From: Clostridia bacterium
GTDB lineage: Bacteria; Bacillota; Clostridia; HGM11514
DNA length: 26,386 nucleotides
NCBI GenBank assembly: GCA_045586685.1
Contig: JAZNAU010000006.1
Span: 1 to 26,386 of the forward strand
Direction: 5' to 3'
Position 1 is the first letter of the stretch. Each line of letters opens with the position of its first letter. The notes below the pieces were generated by a model. That model had not been told where the DNA came from. It did no database searches and saw nothing but the letters and a program-made list of their open reading frames with translations. The position numbers were made by a program, and so were the translations under genes. Below are positions 1 to 7,523 of the stretch, one piece after another.

Positions 1-217
1 TCCCCATAACACGAAGTGCCATTTCTGCACATGCGGTTTGGGAATTAAGGCAGACGCATTTTTCTATGCCGATCCACTTTGCAATATTCTTTTCAAGTTG
101 TTTTGTTCTCGGTCCTGTTGTAATCCACCCGGATTTAAGAGCGTTTACGACTTCCTCAATTTCAAGATTACCGATGTCCGGAGGGCTAAACGGTATCGTT
201 CTTTTATTCTCGTCCAT
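1..217 (-). CDS. DegT/DnrJ/EryC1/StrS family PLP-dependent sugar aminotransferase, N-terminal part (runs off the left edge)
   Basis: Not in the ORF track. Manual translation from ATG 217 gives MDENKRTIPFSPPDIGNLEIEEVVNALKSGWITTGPRTKQLEKNIAKWIGIEKCVCLNSQTACAEMALRVMG; IPFSPPDI, SGWITTGP and NSxT are typical of the family. Confidence 0.9.
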   Translation of the reverse strand, partial: MDENKRTIPFSPPDIGNLEIEEVVNALKSGWITTGPRTKQLEKNIAKWIGIEKCVCLNSQTACAEMALRVMG

Positions 218-408
218 AATGATATTTCACTTTCTGCAACTTATGTTTGTTGCGTTTTTTAAAGTTCAATTCTGAACTCCTTTTCTTTCTATTATTTTAA
301 TCAATCGTCGTCCATATCTGTTACATGCTCTGTCAAAAATACGGTTTGAGGATCATTATTTGTTCCTCCAAATTCCTCTTTTACTTAAAATTTTTTACAC
401 TTCATTTT

Positions 409-437
409 ATTATACAACATTTTAATATTTTTGTCAA
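409..437 (-). promoter_or_regulatory. SigA-type promoter for the DegT gene/operon
   Basis: Minus strand TTGACA-17 bp-TATAAT, perfect consensus. Confidence 0.85.
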
Positions 438-532
438 CTATTCACAATAGGTTGTTTTGTTAAGTATAAAAATTTTCTTTTATAGGAAGGAAATCTCAAA
501 AATAGCGGCTCAGCCGGTATTGTCATATCTAC

Positions 533-555
533 AAAAAAGACCCTTGTACGAGTCT
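533..555 (-). terminator. Possible intrinsic terminator
   Basis: Minus strand AGACTC-GTACAA-GGGTCT followed by TTTTT; 6-bp stem with one G-U pair. Confidence 0.4.
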
Positions 556-690
556 CTATCTCACTTGCATTTTTTGTGTCTTCCTTGCTCCACCCTCCTT
601 AAATTGAAAGGCATTCCCACTTACAATAATGAAAATTCTTTGAATCAATACCGCCGAATCTATGAATAAATATGAAATTCTTTTTACCCA

Positions 691-719
691 TTGACAAAAT
701 AGAAAAATAGCGGTATACT
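691..719 (+). promoter_or_regulatory. SigA-type promoter of cysK-rrf2
   Basis: TTGACA-17 bp-TATACT. Confidence 0.8.
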
Positions 720-723
720 ATAA

Positions 724-746
724 TTACCTACTAAAAAGATATGTAA
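724..746. promoter_or_regulatory. Candidate Rrf2 (CymR/IscR-like) operator
   Basis: Imperfect palindrome TTACCTA-N9-TATGTAA over the predicted transcription start, upstream of an operon encoding an Rrf2 regulator. Confidence 0.5.
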
Positions 747-766
747 AAGAGAGAAGGTGCCATCTT

Positions 767-1699
767 ATGAGTGATATTTATACATCAGTTGACCAGTTAA
801 TTGGGAAAACCCCCCTTCTGGAGCTGACAAATATTGAAAAAAAACTGAATCTAAATGCAACCCTCTTAGCAAAGCTGGAATATTTTAATCCGGCAGGCTC
901 GGTAAAAGACCGTGTTGCAAAGGCGATGATTGACGAGGCGGAGCAAACGGGAAAATTAAAACCGGACTCAGTCATTATTGAACCCACTTCGGGAAATACA
1001 GGAATCGGGCTAGCTTCTGTCGGGGCAGCAAGAGGATACCGTGTTATTATTGTAATGCCGGACACTATGTCTGTAGAACGTAGGCAACTGATGAAAGCCT
1101 ACGGGGCAGAGCTGGTGCTATCAGAAGGAGCAAAAGGAATGAAAGGTGCCATCGACAAAGCGAACGAGCTGGCAGTCGAGATTCCCAACAGCTTTATTCC
1201 CGATCAATTTGTCAATCCAGCTAATTCACAGGCACATTTTCTCACGACCGGTCCCGAAATTTATGAGGATACTGATGGAAAAATAGACATTTTTGTTGCC
1301 GGTGTAGGCACCGGGGGAACCATTACAGGAGTCGGCACCTATTTAAAATCTAAAAATAATGACATTAAAATTGTGGCAGTTGAACCGGCCACCTCGGCGG
1401 TTTTGTCAACAGGTATTGCCGGCACCCATAACATTCAGGGCATTGGTGCAGGATTTGTTCCCAAGGTACTAAACACAGATATTTATGACGAAGTCCTTCC
1501 CGTATCTGACAAAGATGCCTTGGAAACAGGAAGATTACTGGGAAAAGCAGAAGGTGTTTTGGCAGGAATTTCTTCGGGAGCAGCACTCTTTGCCGCCATT
1601 CAACTTGCAAAACAACCCGAAAATAAAGGGAAAACCATTGTTACATTGTTACCCGACATCGGAGACCGATATTTATCCACTGCCCTGTTCTCCGAATAA
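767..1699 (+). CDS. cysK: Cysteine synthase A (O-acetylserine sulfhydrylase)
   Basis: PLP lysine motif NPAGSVKDR, plus [20 protein letters not shown] and a C-terminal DRYLST. Confidence 0.97.
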   Translation: MSDIYTSVDQLIGKTPLLELTNIEKKLNLNATLLAKLEYFNPAGSVKDRVAKAMIDEAEQTGKLKPDSVIIEPTSGNTGIGLASVGAARGYRVIIVMPDTMSVERRQLMKAYGAELVLSEGAKGMKGAIDKANELAVEIPNSFIPDQFVNPANSQAHFLTTGPEIYEDTDGKIDIFVAGVGTGGTITGVGTYLKSKNNDIKIVAVEPATSAVLSTGIAGTHNIQGIGAGFVPKVLNTDIYDEVLPVSDKDALETGRLLGKAEGVLAGISSGAALFAAIQLAKQPENKGKTIVTLLPDIGDRYLSTALFSE

Positions 1700-1722
1700 T
1701 AGAAAGGATAAGGAAGAAAACC

Positions 1723-2139
1723 ATGATGATTTCCACAAGAGGCAGATATGCATTGCGGATTTTACTTGCCCTTGCCGAACATAAGGATAAAGGATTCCTC
1801 GCCATGAAAACAGTTGCACAACAGCAGGAACTTTCGTTAAAATATATTGAGCACATCATGCCCGTTCTTTCCAAAAACAAATTGGTGGAAGGGATTCATG
1901 GAAAAGGAGGCGGATATCGCCTGTCAAAGGAGCCGTCTGAATACAAAATAGGAGAAATTCTCAGACTGACAGAAGGAACTCTTGCACCTGTTTCCTGCTT
2001 GGAGTGTAACGAAAAGAAATGCAATCGTGCAGATTACTGTCTTACCCTTCCCATGTGGAACGAATTTCACAGGCTCATCAATGACTATTTTGACAATATT
2101 ACTCTTGAAGATTTGCAAAAGGGAAGTCTGAAAAACTGA
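1723..2139 (+). CDS. Rrf2 family transcriptional regulator (CymR/IscR-like, Cys-containing)
   Basis: ISTRGRYAL, GKGGGYRL and the Cys cluster CLEC...C...C; directly downstream of cysK. Confidence 0.92.
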   Translation: MMISTRGRYALRILLALAEHKDKGFLAMKTVAQQQELSLKYIEHIMPVLSKNKLVEGIHGKGGGYRLSKEPSEYKIGEILRLTEGTLAPVSCLECNEKKCNRADYCLTLPMWNEFHRLINDYFDNITLEDLQKGSLKN

Positions 2140-2217
2140 CAGTTTCTTATGATTTTTATAAGAATCTTTTTTTTAAAACAGATTGGAATATTGTAAAAAT
2201 ATCAAACAGATAAAAAT

Positions 2218-2249
2218 AAAAAAAGACCGATTGAAACCGGTCTTTTTTT
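2218..2249. terminator. Bidirectional intrinsic terminator
   Basis: AAAAAAAGACCG-ATTGAAAC-CGGTCTTTTTTT between the convergent rrf2 gene and the 57-aa ORF. Confidence 0.85.
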
Positions 2250-2274
2250 ATTAAGAATTAAAACTTTTCTCGCC

Positions 2275-2448
2275 TCAGGAATTGGAATTTGCTCCAAAGC
2301 TATCGATTTGAAAAGATGTCACTACCACGTTGCCAACACCTTCAACAGCTTCTTGCTTTACAGTTACTTCGCTGTAAGGACTGTTAGCAATGGTTTCCTG
2401 AGTTGTAAAACGAGCTACCGTCAAAAACGGTTTTTCATAGCGTTTCAT
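2275..2448 (-). CDS. 57-aa small protein with a lasso/RRE-type leader motif (putative RiPP-like precursor)
   Basis: Not in the ORF track. Translates as MKRYEKPFLTVARFTTQETIANSPYSEVTVKQEAVEGVGNVVVTSFQIDSFGANSNS. Has SD AAGGAGG (2457-2463) 8 nt before the ATG, its own promoter and a downstream terminator. Confidence 0.8.
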   Translation of the reverse strand: MKRYEKPFLTVARFTTQETIANSPYSEVTVKQEAVEGVGNVVVTSFQIDSFGANSNS

Positions 2449-2491
2449 TTCTCAGTCCTCCTTGTACAAGATAGAATTATAATTCAAGTTG

Positions 2492-2520
2492 ATTATATCA
2501 CGCTGAAATCATTTTGTAAA
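2492..2520 (-). promoter_or_regulatory. SigA-type promoter of the 57-aa ORF
   Basis: TTTACA-17 bp-TATAAT with an extended -10 (TGA TATAAT). Confidence 0.75.
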
Positions 2521-2587
2521 GTATTTTTTTAATTTTCGTGATATTGCCCAAATTTATTAAAATAAATTTGCTTGCTTTGGTTAATTA

Positions 2588-3037
2588 TCACTTTAAAATC
2601 TTGTCGATTTCATGACGGAAGGTTTCCACATCCTGAAAATCACGGTAAACTGAAGCAAACCGCACAAAGGCAACCTGATCCAATTTCCGTAGCTTTTCAA
2701 TCAGCATTTCCCCAATTTCGTTGGTTGAAATTTCTCGTTCCAAAGAATTATAGATAGCAGTTTCAATTTCGTATACAATCGTTTCAATTTCGCTGGTGGA
2801 AATAGGACGTTTTTCGCAGGCACGTTTCAGCCCGTTCAGAATCTTTGTCCTATCAAAAGGCTGACGGCTGTGATCCTTTTTAATGACCATAATGGGCACA
2901 TTCTCCACTTTTTCATAAGTGGTAAACCGTTTTCCGCAAACCAGACATTCTCTTCTTCTGCGAATGGATACTCCTTCTTCCGTAGATCGAGAATCAATTA
3001 CCTTGCTGTCAGCTTCGCTGCAATAGGGACATTTCAT
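2588..3037 (-). CDS. nrdR: Transcriptional repressor NrdR
   Basis: MKCPYC, VIDSR, RRRREC..C..RFTTYE, an ATP cone and [12 protein letters not shown]. Confidence 0.97.
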   Translation of the reverse strand: MKCPYCSEADSKVIDSRSTEEGVSIRRRRECLVCGKRFTTYEKVENVPIMVIKKDHSRQPFDRTKILNGLKRACEKRPISTSEIETIVYEIETAIYNSLEREISTNEIGEMLIEKLRKLDQVAFVRFASVYRDFQDVETFRHEIDKILK

Positions 3038-3138
3038 ACATTTTCCTCATTTCTTTTTTAAAATTAGAAAACAAAGCAAATCTCGTTGAGTCAATCATTC
3101 TTTCCGGCAAGTATTTATATGTTTATTATATCACATCT

Positions 3139-3145
3139 TTCGACA
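3139..3145 (-). promoter_or_regulatory. Candidate 0A box within the putative nrdR promoter
   Basis: TGTCGAA matches the TGNCGAA consensus and lies between a -10 TATAAT (3125-3130) and a weak -35 TGGTCA (3148-3153). Confidence 0.4.
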
Positions 3146-3291
3146 TTTGACCAGTTTTTTTTGCAAATAATAGGGATATTTTCAAAAACAGATTTCTTTT
3201 GCACTATTTTTTGGTAAAAAAGCCAGTAGAAAAAATTTGCTAAAAGCAGTATAATAAATAAGAAATGTTAAAAACAACGAGGAAAACAAAA

Positions 3292-4014
3292 ATGGAACCG
3301 ATAAAAATTTTAATTGTAGATGATGACAAGGATTTTTGCACCTGTATTGGTGATATGATTAAACTCCATCCCCAAATGGAGCTTACAGGAATTGCACATA
3401 ACGGTGAAGACGCATACCAAAAAGCAACATCGCTTCATCCGGATTTGATTTTATTGGATAACTGTATGCCTCTTCTTGACGGAATCGGTGTTATCGAACG
3501 GTTGCAGACATTGCAACCCCATCCCTATATTTTTACCATGAGCGCATGGGATATTGAGCAGATGATTCCCGAGCATCTCCAGAAGGATATTACCTATGCA
3601 ATAAAAAAGCCTATTGAATGGGAACTGCTTTCCAAACGAATTCTCCATCTTATTGAAAAGGAAAACCATGAAGAAACAGAACAACGTCACCGCATCAGCC
3701 TTTTGTTGGAGGAATTTGAAATCCCCGTTCATACAAACGGACATCAGTTGCTACAGGAGGCTCTTCTGCTGATTTATCGAGAAAAAGAAGCCGTTAAAAA
3801 CCTGTCCGGTCTTCTTTATCCAAAAATTGCCCATCAATTTAATATAAGCATCAAAACAACCGAGCGGAAAATTCAGTATGAACTAGACCGAATTTTCACT
3901 TATGAAAACAGCCCTCGGATTCAAAGGATATTTTATAAAACCTCTCCCTCAAAGGGGAAACTGACAAACAAACAATTTCTCATGCTTTTAGCTCAGGAAT
4001 TGGGATATTTATAA
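3292..4014 (+). CDS. Divergent Spo0A-like response regulator (REC + Spo0A C-terminal-like domain); alternative start at 3265
   Basis: REC motifs IVDDD, LLDNCMP.LDG and KKP. The C-terminus IPVHTNGHQLLQEA...LYPKIAHQF...TERKI...KLTNKQFL aligns by eye with Spo0A VPAHIKGY.YLREA...LYPDIAKKF...VERAI...KPTNSEFI. Confidence 0.8.
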   Translation: MEPIKILIVDDDKDFCTCIGDMIKLHPQMELTGIAHNGEDAYQKATSLHPDLILLDNCMPLLDGIGVIERLQTLQPHPYIFTMSAWDIEQMIPEHLQKDITYAIKKPIEWELLSKRILHLIEKENHEETEQRHRISLLLEEFEIPVHTNGHQLLQEALLLIYREKEAVKNLSGLLYPKIAHQFNISIKTTERKIQYELDRIFTYENSPRIQRIFYKTSPSKGKLTNKQFLMLLAQELGYL

Positions 4015-4041
4015 TGCAAAAATTTCCCCCTGCCCTTTTCA

Positions 4042-4521
4042 TCATTTATGATAGGGCTCTCCTTGATTGATTTTAAATCCCCGATAAATTTGTTCTGCCA
4101 ACACTACCCTCATCAACTGGTGGGGAAATGTCATTTCAGAAAAGGAAAGACGCCATTCTGCTTTTTGTTTCACCTTATCCCATAACCCGTGAGAACCGCC
4201 AATGACAAAACAAAGGCTGTCTCCCGTCAATGTGCTTTTCTCCAGAAACTCAGCAAATTTTTCTGAGGTCATCTGTTTCCCTTCCACGCACAATGCAACA
4301 ATCTGCCGTTCTCCCTCTAATTTTTTGAGAATGGCTTCCCCTTCCTTTTTAAGCACCTCTGCAACCTGAACCTCCGAAGGTCGATCAGGCACACTCACGT
4401 CAGGCACCTCCACCATATCAAATTTACAGTATCGACTCAGACGTTTCTCATACTCCTTAATGGCATCTGTAAAATGTTTTTCTTTCATTTTTCCAACACA
4501 AACTATCTTTATTTTTTGCAT
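4042..4521 (-). CDS. rlmH: 23S rRNA (pseudouridine1915-N3)-methyltransferase
   Basis: VGKMKE, FVIGGSHG, LSFSEMTFPHQLMRVVLAEQIYR and PYHK. Confidence 0.97.
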   Translation of the reverse strand: MQKIKIVCVGKMKEKHFTDAIKEYEKRLSRYCKFDMVEVPDVSVPDRPSEVQVAEVLKKEGEAILKKLEGERQIVALCVEGKQMTSEKFAEFLEKSTLTGDSLCFVIGGSHGLWDKVKQKAEWRLSFSEMTFPHQLMRVVLAEQIYRGFKINQGEPYHK

Positions 4522-4522
4522 A

Positions 4523-5308
4523 TTATACTCCTACTTGATATCGTCGGCTCACGCCCTCACGGGGTGCCACTTCGATTTTCACCTGTTCAAGCATGGCGTG
4601 TTCCTGCAATTCTGACAAGACCGTCTGATAAGCAAGCTCGGGCAGATTGTTATGCTGACTTAAATGCCCAAGCAGAAATTTCTTCGTTCCGCTTTTTGCC
4701 AGACGGGCACAAAGCTTTCCCGCATTTTCATTGGATAAATGCCCCGATTTCCCTAAAATACGACGCTTCAGAAGATAAGGATAAGGTCCCATTCTGAGCA
4801 TTTCCTCATCGTGATTGGCTTCTAACAACACCACATCACTTCCCATAAGATTTTCTTCCACCTCGGGAGTAACGATTCCTAAATCTGTTGCAACCGTCAC
4901 ACTGCAATCTCCTTTGCTGAATCGATAGCCCACAGGATCCGCCGCATCATGGGGAATGGAAAAGGGATTTACCTCAATTTCCCCTATCTGAAAAGGCCGG
5001 CAAAAAAAATGCAGGCAAGAAGAATCTATCTTGCCTACAACCGACTCTGCAGCTTTCCAGGTCAGGTTATTGGCATAAAGATTCCACCCATAGCGACGGT
5101 GCAAAATTCCAACCGAGGCAATATGGTCACTATGCTCATGAGTGAGCAAGACTCCATGAATCTCCTCCGGTTTTACACCAATGCTTTTCAATCCTGACTC
5201 TATCCGTTTACCGCTTACACCGCAATCAACCAGAATACGGGTTTCCCCGTCACTGATATACACACAATTTCCATTACTGCCACTGAACAGCGTACACAAT
5301 TCCAGCAC
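4523..5308 (-). CDS. walJ: MBL-fold metallo-hydrolase, WalJ/YycJ-like
   Basis: SGSNGN, THEHSDH, PHDA, EANHD and GHLS motifs; located in the wal locus. Confidence 0.85.
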   Translation of the reverse strand: MLELCTLFSGSNGNCVYISDGETRILVDCGVSGKRIESGLKSIGVKPEEIHGVLLTHEHSDHIASVGILHRRYGWNLYANNLTWKAAESVVGKIDSSCLHFFCRPFQIGEIEVNPFSIPHDAADPVGYRFSKGDCSVTVATDLGIVTPEVEENLMGSDVVLLEANHDEEMLRMGPYPYLLKRRILGKSGHLSNENAGKLCARLAKSGTKKFLLGHLSQHNNLPELAYQTVLSELQEHAMLEQVKIEVAPREGVSRRYQVGV

Positions 5309-5311
5309 AGC

Positions 5312-6577
5312 TTACTCCTCCATCTTCATCCGTACCAACTGAGCACCGAGATTACGCAGTTTCTGTTCAAAGTTTTCATAACCCCGGTCAATATGCTCTA
5401 AATTCTGAAGTTCTGTTGTCCCTTTTGCCATCAATCCCGCAATCAGCAATGCTGCACCGGCACGAAGGTCGGTAGAACGAACTGGAGCACCCGTCAGATT
5501 TTCCACTCCTTCAATGACGGCAGTTTTTCCATTTATGCTGATTTGCGCACCCATTCTTTTCAATTCACTGACGTATTGGAACCGATTGTCCCACACGTCC
5601 TCTGTTACCATACTCGTTCCTTCAGCAACAGAAAGAAGGGTTACAATTTGAGGTTGCATATCTGTAGGAAAGCCGGGATAAGGTAATGTTTTCACATTTG
5701 CTTTTGTAATTTTCCCGCTTCTTTTCACCCGAATTGCATCATCCATTTCTTCAATTTCCACATTCATTTCCACAAGCTTTGCAGTAATGGCATCCACGTG
5801 CTTTGGAATCACGTTTTTTACCAGAACATCTCCGCCGCATGCCGCTGCAGCAACCAAGAAGGTTCCCACCTCAATCTGGTCGGGAATAATGGAATAGGTA
5901 CCGCCGTGAAGCTTGTCCACACCCTTAATTTTTATCACATCTGTACCCGCGCCTTTGATGTTGGCTCCCATGGAATTTAAAAAGTTCGCCAAATCTACTA
6001 CATGGGGTTCTTTTGCCGCATTTTCAATAATCGTTACACCGTGAGCTTTGGTAGCTGCAACCATAACATTGATGGTTGCGCCTACAGACACCTTATCCAT
6101 ATAAACTGATCCGCCCATAACACCATCCACCGTGGTAGCATATACATTTCCATGCTCCACTTTCACCATAGCACCCATGGCTTCGAAACCTTTAATATGC
6201 TGATCAATGGGACGCCCGCCAAAATCACAGCCTCCCGGCAAGGAAACCTCTGCTTTTCCAAAACGGCTCAAAAATGCTCCTAACAGATAATAGGATGCTC
6301 TCATCTTACGCACCAAATCAGAGGTTGCCACATGGGTATGTAATTTAGCACAGTTCATCTTCAGTGTTCCATTTTCCTGCAATTCTACTTCAGCCCCAAG
6401 CTGACGCAAAATTTCTAAGATTACATTGACATCCTTGATAATCGGCACATTTTCAATGATACAGGGTTCTTCCACCAAAACAGCTGCCGCCAAAATGGCA
6501 ACTGCAGAATTTTTCGCCCCGCTGACAGTGACTTCGCCGAACAACGGATTTCCCCCTGTTATTACAAATTTATCCAA
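5312..6577 (-). CDS. murA: UDP-N-acetylglucosamine 1-carboxyvinyltransferase (likely TTG start at 6577)
   Basis: SGAKNS, MRASYY, PGGCDFGGRPIDQH (Cys loop), PGFPTDMQ, DLRAGAA and HIDRGY. Confidence 0.96.
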   Translation of the reverse strand: MDKFVITGGNPLFGEVTVSGAKNSAVAILAAAVLVEEPCIIENVPIIKDVNVILEILRQLGAEVELQENGTLKMNCAKLHTHVATSDLVRKMRASYYLLGAFLSRFGKAEVSLPGGCDFGGRPIDQHIKGFEAMGAMVKVEHGNVYATTVDGVMGGSVYMDKVSVGATINVMVAATKAHGVTIIENAAKEPHVVDLANFLNSMGANIKGAGTDVIKIKGVDKLHGGTYSIIPDQIEVGTFLVAAAACGGDVLVKNVIPKHVDAITAKLVEMNVEIEEMDDAIRVKRSGKITKANVKTLPYPGFPTDMQPQIVTLLSVAEGTSMVTEDVWDNRFQYVSELKRMGAQISINGKTAVIEGVENLTGAPVRSTDLRAGAALLIAGLMAKGTTELQNLEHIDRGYENFEQKLRNLGAQLVRMKMEE

Positions 6578-6644
6578 TTTGATTCCCACCTTTTGTGTAT
6601 CTATCAAAACAAACTCATTCAGAGTTGAAAATATCCTATAATTT

Positions 6645-6653
6645 ATTATACCA
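6645..6653 (-). promoter_or_regulatory. Extended -10 promoter element upstream of murA
   Basis: TGG-TATAAT in the yycI-murA gap; no clear -35. Confidence 0.5.
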
Positions 6654-6698
6654 TAAAAAGCACATAAAGAAAAGTGTTTTTTTTAAAATCACAAAAAA

Positions 6699-7520
6699 TT
6701 ATTGCTGTGGGTTTCGGGCATCATAGTAAAATTTAGCACCGGAAGCTGTTGTGACCTGAAAACCGGGTAACATCTGCATCACTTTATGGGAGACATTTTC
6801 GTCTAACTCACTAATGTAATATCCGCTTCGGATTTCGGTAATCCGAACAGGAGAAGTATGGTTTTCTTCTTCTGCAAATCGAACTAGTGCTTCTGTAGCA
6901 AACAATGTATCTTGCTTCTTTGACTGAATATTGACCGATTCCATCCAGATTCCTGTTATCTTTATAATATCAGCGTCTTTGACCGTAACCATCAGTCTTG
7001 TTCCGAAAATCTCATAATTTTCATAAGTCTGCACATATTCCAGCCGTTCTCCATCTTCCATTTGTTCGATGGTTTTCAGCTTAATTCCTTCCGTATTCAG
7101 GTTAATCTTCCTCAGATGTTTTTGCACCGCTTTAGAAAGTGCTTCCCCTGACAAGCCTTTCTCCAACGGAATCTTTCCGGTATAAGTAAAGCTTTCGTCC
7201 TCAAACACAATGGTTTCGTCTCCCCGAAAAAAGCCCTGTTCTGTTTTTTTCCAATCAGACACTTTAAGGGAGGCAACAAAAGAGGAGCTATCCTCCACTA
7301 TATTTTTTACCGACACCTCACGCATTTTGTGATTGCTTTTTGGAATCAGTGTTCCCTCTATCAATACATTTCTTTTTTCCAATATAGAAACCACATGAGC
7401 AATCGTCTCTTCGCTGATACTGGTGGCCTGCCATTGAGACTGATACAACAAATATCCCAAAAACAAATTTATAAACAAAAACAATATCACAAAAACCCAT
7501 TTAATTCTGATTTGGTTCAT
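6699..7520 (-). CDS. yycI: YycI (WalI)-like regulatory membrane protein
   Basis: N-terminal TM IKWVFVILFLFINLFL, YVQTYENYEIF, a late GYY...P motif, and its position after the yycH-like gene. Confidence 0.75.
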   Translation of the reverse strand: MNQIRIKWVFVILFLFINLFLGYLLYQSQWQATSISEETIAHVVSILEKRNVLIEGTLIPKSNHKMREVSVKNIVEDSSSFVASLKVSDWKKTEQGFFRGDETIVFEDESFTYTGKIPLEKGLSGEALSKAVQKHLRKINLNTEGIKLKTIEQMEDGERLEYVQTYENYEIFGTRLMVTVKDADIIKITGIWMESVNIQSKKQDTLFATEALVRFAEEENHTSPVRITEIRSGYYISELDENVSHKVMQMLPGFQVTTASGAKFYYDARNPQQ

Positions 7521-7523
7521 GAC

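Noticed and set aside
38-669. Plus-strand ORFs 38..262, 66..275 and 457..669
   Set aside because: They are antisense to the DegT gene or intergenic, with no SD and no recognisable motifs.
670-766. S-box or T-box riboswitch ahead of cysK
   Set aside because: The leader is only about 40 nt and has no aptamer or T-box motif.
2308-2532. 74-aa plus-strand ORF
   Set aside because: It is the antisense shadow of the better-supported 57-aa minus-strand ORF.
3265-4014. Assigning the gene symbol spo0A
   Set aside because: The C-terminal domain is too divergent from the normally near-invariant Spo0A sequence, and the gene is not downstream of spoIVB.
4039-4059. The rlmH 3' end (GAGCCCTATCATAAATGA) resembles the staphylococcal SCC attB site
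   Set aside because: It is explained by the conserved PYHK coding; no second copy or serine recombinase was seen in the window.
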